NCBI GenBank assembly: GCA_965249135.1
Contig: OZ252220.1
Span: 1-64,000, forward strand
Length of the DNA stretch: 64,000 nucleotides
Origin: Alphaproteobacteria bacterium
GTDB taxonomy: Bacteria > Pseudomonadota > Alphaproteobacteria > GCA-2746255
Direction of reading: 5' to 3'
Shown here piece by piece: positions 58,104 to 64,000 of this stretch. Positions within the stretch are counted from its first letter, which is position 1. Every line of letters starts with the position of its first letter. The translations under genes and the position numbers were made by a program. The notes below the pieces were generated by a model. It saw only the letters and a program-made list of their open reading frames with translations, made no database searches and was not told where the DNA came from.

Positions 58104-58880
58104 TTAAGCCCGTCCTCTCGCGACAAAAGCCGGATTCTCGAAATTCGGCTTCCCGTAGCGCAATTCCTCACCATCCAGCGTCGTGATGTTTCCGCCCGCT
58201 GCAAGCAGGATGGTGTGCCCGGCCGCCGTGTCCCATTCCATCGTTCGCCCGAAGCGCGGGTAGAGGTCGGCCTCACCTGCCGCGATGACACAAAATTTCA
58301 TCGCACTGCCGAAGATCCTACGTTCCCGCACCTTCAGCGTCGTGAGGTATTCTTCCGTCTGGGGCCCGGCATGGGAGCGGCTGGAGACGACGACGAAGCC
58401 TTCCGCAGACGCCTTGACGGCGGTGATGGGCCTAGGTTCGTCTTCTCCGACGGCAAGGGTGGCAGTGCCGGGCCCGGCCGCCGCGTAAATGGTTTCCTTT
58501 AAGGGGACGCCGATAAGGCCAAGAACCGGGCGATTGTCTATCACGAGGGCGACATTGATCGTGAATTCACCGGTTTCCCCGATGAACTCCTTCGTGCCGT
58601 CGAGGGGGTCCACCAGCCAAAACTTTCCCCCGGCGATGGATGGAATGTCGCCCCCCTCGGCACGCTCCTCCGAAACGACGGGAATTTCTGGCGTAATCTC
58701 ACGAAGCGCGTCTAAGATGATTCGCTCCGAAATTTCATCAGCCTCCGTAACGGGAGATAGGTCCTTCTTCTTCCGAACGGTGTACTCTTTTTTCTCATAG
58801 ATTCGAACGGTCTCCCTTCCGGCCTTCCGGACGATAGGGCGAAGCGCCTCGATGAGTTCGAGATAGTCCATTTCTTTCAA
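58104..58880 (-). CDS. cysQ: 3'(2'),5'-bisphosphate nucleotidase
   Basis: SPVTEAD, SEE, WLVDPLDGTKEF, EWDTAAG. Confidence 0.92.
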   Translation of the reverse strand: MKEMDYLELIEALRPIVRKAGRETVRIYEKKEYTVRKKKDLSPVTEADEISERIILDALREITPEIPVVSEERAEGGDIPSIAGGKFWLVDPLDGTKEFIGETGEFTINVALVIDNRPVLGLIGVPLKETIYAAAGPGTATLAVGEDEPRPITAVKASAEGFVVVSSRSHAGPQTEEYLTTLKVRERRIFGSAMKFCVIAAGEADLYPRFGRTMEWDTAAGHTILLAAGGNITTLDGEELRYGKPNFENPAFVARGRA

Positions 58881-58895
58881 GCCGGACTTTCCAAT

Positions 58896-59588
58896 TCAGC
58901 GGCGTTCGTATTGTTGGCTGCCGAACATGACGTTCCAGGCATCCTTGTCTTCCGACCAGTCGGTTTCCATCTTTCTTGGCACCTTCATCCCTCGCTTCAC
59001 GCCAGGCCGCTCGTCGATGGCGTTGTACCAACGCTCGACATTTGGAAAATCCTCCAGTTTCTGTCCGTGCATGTCATGCCATCGGGTCCAGGGGAAGGTC
59101 GCGATATCGGCGATCGAATAGTCACCAGCCAAATACTCGCTTTCCCCGAGCCGTCGGTCGAGGACGCAGTAAAGTCGCGCAGCTTCCTTCGTATAGCGCT
59201 CGATCACATAAGGGATTTTTTCCGGTGCGTATTTTCGAAAGTGATGGGCCTGGCCGAGCATAGGGCCGACCCCGCCCATCTGGAACATCAGCCACTGGAG
59301 CGTCACGTATCGCGTTCGTGCATCCGTCGACAGGAATTTGCCGAGTTTCTCACCCAGATAAATCAGGATGGCGCCGGATTCGAAAAGCGCGATCGGTTCA
59401 CCGCCCGGCCCCTCTGGATCGACGATCGCCGGAATCTTGTTATTGGGGCCTATTTTCAAGAACTCCGGCTTGAACTGGTCGCCCTTCGTGATATCGATGT
59501 GGATGGGGCAATAGGAAACGCCGGCTTCCTCAAGAAAGATCGAAACCTTGTGTCCGTTCGGCGTTCCGTCCGTATAGAGTTCAAGCAT
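58896..59588 (-). CDS. Glutathione S-transferase (YfcG-like)
   Basis: TPNG, PNNKIPAI, FESGAIL, QWLMFQMGG.GPM.GQ. Confidence 0.9.
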   Translation of the reverse strand: MLELYTDGTPNGHKVSIFLEEAGVSYCPIHIDITKGDQFKPEFLKIGPNNKIPAIVDPEGPGGEPIALFESGAILIYLGEKLGKFLSTDARTRYVTLQWLMFQMGGVGPMLGQAHHFRKYAPEKIPYVIERYTKEAARLYCVLDRRLGESEYLAGDYSIADIATFPWTRWHDMHGQKLEDFPNVERWYNAIDERPGVKRGMKVPRKMETDWSEDKDAWNVMFGSQQYERR

Positions 59589-59737
59589 TGAGTTCTCCCA
59601 AGGGCACATGGCCCGATCCCGTCTATAACATTCCTTATCTCGCGAAACGACTCTGGGTAAGGGCTTTCTCCATCTATATAAGGCGTTTTGGTATTTATGC
59701 TAACCTGTCATAGGAAAGAACGTTGGGACGTCGAGGC

Positions 59738-60583
59738 ATGACGGCGATTAGTTCCGTCGAAACCCCATCCGGCAAGGGTACTGGGCACGAAAACTTCCCG
59801 GTTGGGTCCTGGTTGTTGCCGGCGAAGCTGCGGCCACATGTCGCCATTTTTTACGCGTATGCACGGGCGATCGACGACATCGCGGACGACCCGGAGCTTG
59901 CCCCGGAAGACAAGATCGCGCGGCTGGAAGGTTTCGCGCGAGCCATCTCAGGCGCCGAAACGAAGGACCCAGCCTATGGGAAGGCGCATCGTATGCGGGA
60001 GAGTCTCGGCGAGACGCAGATTTCAACCGCCCATTGCATGAATCTGATCGCCGCCTTCAAGCAGGACGCAACAAAACTCCGCTACCGGGACTGGCAAGAG
60101 CTTATGCATTACTGCGACCGCTCCGCTTCTCCGGTGGGACGCTATCTGCTGGACCTCCATGGAGAATCGAGGACCGGTTATGCAGAATCGGATGCGCTTT
60201 GCAACGCACTTCAGGTTTTGAATCATCTCCAGGACTGCAAAGCGGATTACCTTCGCCTCAACCGGGTCTATCTTCCTGAAACGTGGCTGAAAGAGGCGGG
60301 CAGTTCCGTCGAAGAGCTGGCCGACCCTGCCGCGAGTCCCGGTCTTCGCCAGGCGATCGACCATTGCCTCGACGGCGTCGAGGAGCTCCTCGTCTCGGCA
60401 CGCAGGCTGCCGGCCGTGCTTGGGAACCGTTTTCTTGCGATGGAATCCGCGGTCATTGTGGCGATCGCCCAACAACTGACCCACCAGCTGCGCCGCCGGG
60501 ACCCGCTTGCCGAACGCGTCGTTCTGTCAAAGCCGGCGTACGCATCCTGCTTCCTGAAGGGGGTTGCCCGCGTTCTCTTGTGA
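59738..60583 (+). CDS. hpnC: Hydroxysqualene synthase
   Basis: ENFPVGS, DDIADD, YC..SA.PVGR, NHLQD. Confidence 0.92.
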   Translation: MTAISSVETPSGKGTGHENFPVGSWLLPAKLRPHVAIFYAYARAIDDIADDPELAPEDKIARLEGFARAISGAETKDPAYGKAHRMRESLGETQISTAHCMNLIAAFKQDATKLRYRDWQELMHYCDRSASPVGRYLLDLHGESRTGYAESDALCNALQVLNHLQDCKADYLRLNRVYLPETWLKEAGSSVEELADPAASPGLRQAIDHCLDGVEELLVSARRLPAVLGNRFLAMESAVIVAIAQQLTHQLRRRDPLAERVVLSKPAYASCFLKGVARVLL

Positions 60584-60687
60584 GGCTTCCCTCTTGCCAC
60601 AGCAGCTCTAGCTTCTGTTTCTTTTCGCGTTCTTCGTTTCGGGCTATGCTCGCGCGTTTTTTGAATGGTCCGAACGGATGATCTAGC

Positions 60688-61575
60688 GTGCAAATGCCAT
60701 TCGCTACCTCCGAGGCTTCCCGAGATCCAGAAGCGTTCGCATCGGTCCAGCGGGTCGTAGGCGGCTCCGGCACGTCTTTTTTCTGGGCGATGCGGCTGCT
60801 TTCCCGACGTCGCCGGGAGGGGATATTTGCGATCTATGCGTTCTGTCGCGAAGTCGACGATATTGCCGATGAGCCGGCCCCGAAAGAAAAGAAATTAGCA
60901 GCCCTCGACAAATGGCAAGCGCAGATCGAAAGGCTCTATGGCGGCATCTACGGGAAGGACGAACCCCTTTATCCGACGGCTTGCGCCTTGACGGAGGCGA
61001 TTGCCGAATTCGATCTTCGGAAGGAAGATTTCCTGGCCATCATCGAAGGCATGCAGCTGGATGCAAACGGGCCCATCCTGGCGCCCTCGATGCAGGAACT
61101 GGAACGTTACTGTGACCGCGTGGCGTGTGCCGTCGGGCGACTCTCCGTGCATGCGTTTGGAGTTCCGGGAGGGAAGGGATATGCCGTCGCGGACAAACTT
61201 GGCCAGGCGCTGCAGTTGACGAATATCCTGCGCGACTTGCACGAAGACGAAAGAGAAGGCCGCCTCTATCTGCCGGTGGAGCTTTTGGAGAAGCATGGCA
61301 TTGCCGATCGGACGCCGGAAAAGGTGTTGGGCCATCCGGCGTTGCCGGCGGTCTGCGAGGACCTTGCCCGGATCGCCCGCCGCCGCTTCGAAGAGGCGGA
61401 AATAGCCCTCGCGCCGTGTTCACGTCGCAAGATGCGGCCTGCCGTCGTCATGATGCGGGTCTATTGGAAAATTCTTGAAGCATTGCAGGCGAGGGGATGG
61501 GGGGATCTCGATCGCGCGGTCGGGCTCTCGAAGGCGGGCAAGATGTGGATCGCGCTCCGCTACGGAATACTTTAG
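60688..61575 (+). CDS. hpnD: Presqualene diphosphate synthase
   Basis: SFFWAM, FCREVDDIAD, QLTNILRD..ED. Confidence 0.92.
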   Translation: MQMPFATSEASRDPEAFASVQRVVGGSGTSFFWAMRLLSRRRREGIFAIYAFCREVDDIADEPAPKEKKLAALDKWQAQIERLYGGIYGKDEPLYPTACALTEAIAEFDLRKEDFLAIIEGMQLDANGPILAPSMQELERYCDRVACAVGRLSVHAFGVPGGKGYAVADKLGQALQLTNILRDLHEDEREGRLYLPVELLEKHGIADRTPEKVLGHPALPAVCEDLARIARRRFEEAEIALAPCSRRKMRPAVVMMRVYWKILEALQARGWGDLDRAVGLSKAGKMWIALRYGIL

Positions 61576-61578
61576 GGC

Positions 61579-62829
61579 ATGGGCGTCGTTCACATCGTAG
61601 GCGCTGGTCTGGCGGGGCTTGCCGCGGCCGTTCGCCTTGCAGAGGCGGGGAGACGGGTTGCCCTTTACGAAGCCTCCGATCACGCAGGTGGGCGTTGCCG
61701 TTCCTACGTCGACGCGACGCTTGGGAAGCGGGTCGATAATGGAAACCACTTATTCTTCCGGGGCAATCGGGCGGCGCTTCATTACCTGAGGACGATCGGC
61801 GCGGTCGATCGCTTCATCTGTCCAAGCGAGCCGGCCTTTCCCTTCATCGATCTCACCACGGGCAACCGCTGGGTCGTTCGTCCCTCCGGCCCCGTTCCAT
61901 GGTGGGTCTTCGTACCCTCGCGCCGCATTCCGGGGACGAAACCAAGCGACTATTTGGCGGCGCTTCGGCTTTTCACGGCAAAGCATGACGCCACCGTTGC
62001 CGGAACCTTCCCGGAAGGCGGTCCGCTCTACCGTTATTTTTGGGAGCCGCTCGCCGTCGCCTCGCTAAATACGCCGGCCGAAAAAGGGGCAATACGGCTT
62101 CTTCTTCCGGTCATCCTGCGCATTTTCGGAAAAGGGCGTGAGGCAGCGCGTCCGATGATCGCTAGGGACGGGCTTTCGGAAAGCTTTGTGGATCCGGCGC
62201 TTGACTATATTCAAAAAAACAACGGAGAACTTCATTTCACCCATCGCCTTCGTGCCATCGCGTTTGACGCTGCGCGCGTCTTGGAACTGGATTTCGGCGA
62301 GCGCCGGGTGACCTTTGAGGAAAACGACCAACTGATCCTTGCCTTGCCGCCGGCAAACGCAGGCGATCTCCTTCCCGACCTTTCCGTGCCAAAGGAAACC
62401 GAGCCCATCCTCAACGCCCATTTTGACTTGCCCGAGGCCCCGTCCTGGCTTCATGAAACCCCGTTCATCGGCGTCATTGGCGGACTTGCCCAATGGATCT
62501 TTCTACGCGGCCGAATGGCCTCCGTCACCGTGAGTGCCGCCGAAGGCCATATCGACAAAACACCGGAGGATCTCATTCCAAGGCTATGGGCAGACGTTGC
62601 GCAAGCGCTTCAGATTTCCGAATCATCGCCGCCCCCTTGCCGCATCATTAAGGAGCGCCGGGCGACCTTTCGCCAAACACCTTCCGCGCTTTCACTTCGC
62701 CCCAAAACCCGGACGAAATACGCGAATTTGTTTCTGGCCGGCGATTGGACCGACACTGGCTTGCCTGCTACGATCGAAGGGGCAATATTCTCCGGCAATA
62801 AGGCCGCTCAGGCCGCCATGAAGCGATAG
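61579..62829 (+). CDS. hpnE: Hydroxysqualene dehydroxylase
   Basis: GAGLAG, GGRCRSY, DNGNH, LAGDWT.TGLPATIEGA. Confidence 0.92.
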   Translation: MGVVHIVGAGLAGLAAAVRLAEAGRRVALYEASDHAGGRCRSYVDATLGKRVDNGNHLFFRGNRAALHYLRTIGAVDRFICPSEPAFPFIDLTTGNRWVVRPSGPVPWWVFVPSRRIPGTKPSDYLAALRLFTAKHDATVAGTFPEGGPLYRYFWEPLAVASLNTPAEKGAIRLLLPVILRIFGKGREAARPMIARDGLSESFVDPALDYIQKNNGELHFTHRLRAIAFDAARVLELDFGERRVTFEENDQLILALPPANAGDLLPDLSVPKETEPILNAHFDLPEAPSWLHETPFIGVIGGLAQWIFLRGRMASVTVSAAEGHIDKTPEDLIPRLWADVAQALQISESSPPPCRIIKERRATFRQTPSALSLRPKTRTKYANLFLAGDWTDTGLPATIEGAIFSGNKAAQAAMKR

Positions 62830-62855
62830 CGAACAAAGAACCAGGCGGGAACAGC

Positions 62856-64000
62856 ATGGCAATCTCCCCAGATTTCGCCCCTGCGAGCGCTGAGCCGGCA
62901 GAGATCGATGCGCTTCTCGATGCGCTCATTGACGAAAGCCGAAGCGACTGCTTTCGTCGGCAAGCCGACGACGGCCATTGGGTTTTCGAGCTTGAAGCCG
63001 ACACGACGATCCCGTCGGAGTATATCCTGTTCGAGCATTTCTTCGACGAGATCGACGACGATCTTGAAAAGAAAATTGCAGTCTACCTTCGACGCCGTCA
63101 ATCGGACCGGCACGATGGCTGGCCGCTTTTCCATGATGGCGATTTTGATATGAGTGCAAGCGTCAAGGCGTATTTCGCACTCAAGATCGTGGGCGATGAC
63201 GTAAACGCACCGCATATGAAGCGCGCCCGCGAGGCAATTCTATCCCGCGGCGGCGCTGCAAAATCGAATGTCTTTACGCGCATCGCGCTGGCGATCTTTG
63301 AACAGGTGCCATGGCGGGCGGTGCCGGTCATGCCAGTCGAGATCAGCTTGCTGCCAAAATGGTTTCCATTTCACCTGGACAAGGTTTCCTATTGGTCGCG
63401 AACGGTGATCGCGCCCCTTCTTATTGTGATGGCAAACCGGCCGAAGGCGAAGAATCCGCGGCGGGTCGATATTCGTGAGCTCTTTGTCACGCCCCCTGAG
63501 GAAGAGAAAAACTACCACGTCAATCCGATGGGATCCTTGCTCGGATCCGTCCTCCTGCGGGTCGATAGCCTGCTGCGCGTTCTTGAGCCCTACTTCCCGA
63601 AGGGGGTCCGCAAGCGTGCAACGGAAAGGGTGCTCGCCTTTACGAAAGAACGGCTCAATGGCGAGGATGGCGTCGGTGGCATTTTTCCGGCAATCGTGAA
63701 CTCGGTCATAGCCTTCGACTGTCTTGGCTACCCGAAGGACCATCCGGACGTGGTGGTTGCAAAGAAAGCAATACGCCGTTTGCTCGTGATCAAAGAGGGA
63801 GAAGCCTATTGCCAGCCATGCTTCTCGCCAGTCTGGGATACGGGACTCATGTCGCTCGCCCTTCAGGAAGAGCCGCAGAGTACGGAACACGATGCCCACC
63901 AGAAGTCGCTCGACTGGTTGGCGAATCGCCAAATTCTCGACGTCGTTGGTGACTGGGCCGCCCAACGGCCCAAGCTGCGGCCCGGTGGCTGGGCCTTTCA
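62856..64000 (+). CDS. shc: Squalene-hopene cyclase (partial, runs off right edge)
   Basis: Q..DGHWVFELEAD.TIPSEY, QPCFSPVWDT, PGGWAF; follows hpnCDE. Confidence 0.93.
   Translation, partial: MAISPDFAPASAEPAEIDALLDALIDESRSDCFRRQADDGHWVFELEADTTIPSEYILFEHFFDEIDDDLEKKIAVYLRRRQSDRHDGWPLFHDGDFDMSASVKAYFALKIVGDDVNAPHMKRAREAILSRGGAAKSNVFTRIALAIFEQVPWRAVPVMPVEISLLPKWFPFHLDKVSYWSRTVIAPLLIVMANRPKAKNPRRVDIRELFVTPPEEEKNYHVNPMGSLLGSVLLRVDSLLRVLEPYFPKGVRKRATERVLAFTKERLNGEDGVGGIFPAIVNSVIAFDCLGYPKDHPDVVVAKKAIRRLLVIKEGEAYCQPCFSPVWDTGLMSLALQEEPQSTEHDAHQKSLDWLANRQILDVVGDWAAQRPKLRPGGWAF

Noticed and set aside
53018-64000. Trehalose and hopanoid clusters as novel systems
   Set aside because: otsB-GH15-otsA-glk and hpnCDE-shc are made of well-described genes in familiar arrangements

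Overview
GC-rich alphaproteobacterial-type chromosome segment (inferred from gene content) in two parts. 1-27.2 kb is an accreted island at a tRNA-Met locus. It holds a >2370-aa secreted FN3-repeat autotransporter-like adhesin (runs off the left edge) and a deleted prophage relic (tail tube fragment, frameshifting chaperone, tape measure, DinJ-YafQ TA pair, broken tyrosine integrase, tRNA-Met 3'-half att). It also holds a precisely bounded 13.4-kb serine-recombinase/MobF integrative mobilizable element. That element's cargo is a controller-regulated HEAT-repeat PD-(D/E)xK nuclease plus methyltransferase, an RloC-like ATPase, an hsdR relic and a frameshifted HEPN-motif gene. 27.3-64 kb is mostly housekeeping: EF-G paralogue, M48 protease, nfeD/SPFH, acyl-CoA ligase-ACP-acyltransferase fusion, MFS, PrpD, a LECT2-like M23 peptidase, dusA, SUF operon, GGDEF, trehalose operon, cysQ, GST and hpnCDE-shc. 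A recent 2.5-kb IS1595 element carrying an apparent restriction-modification pair has inserted into the nfeD signal peptide. All family calls come from motif recognition by eye, not database searches.
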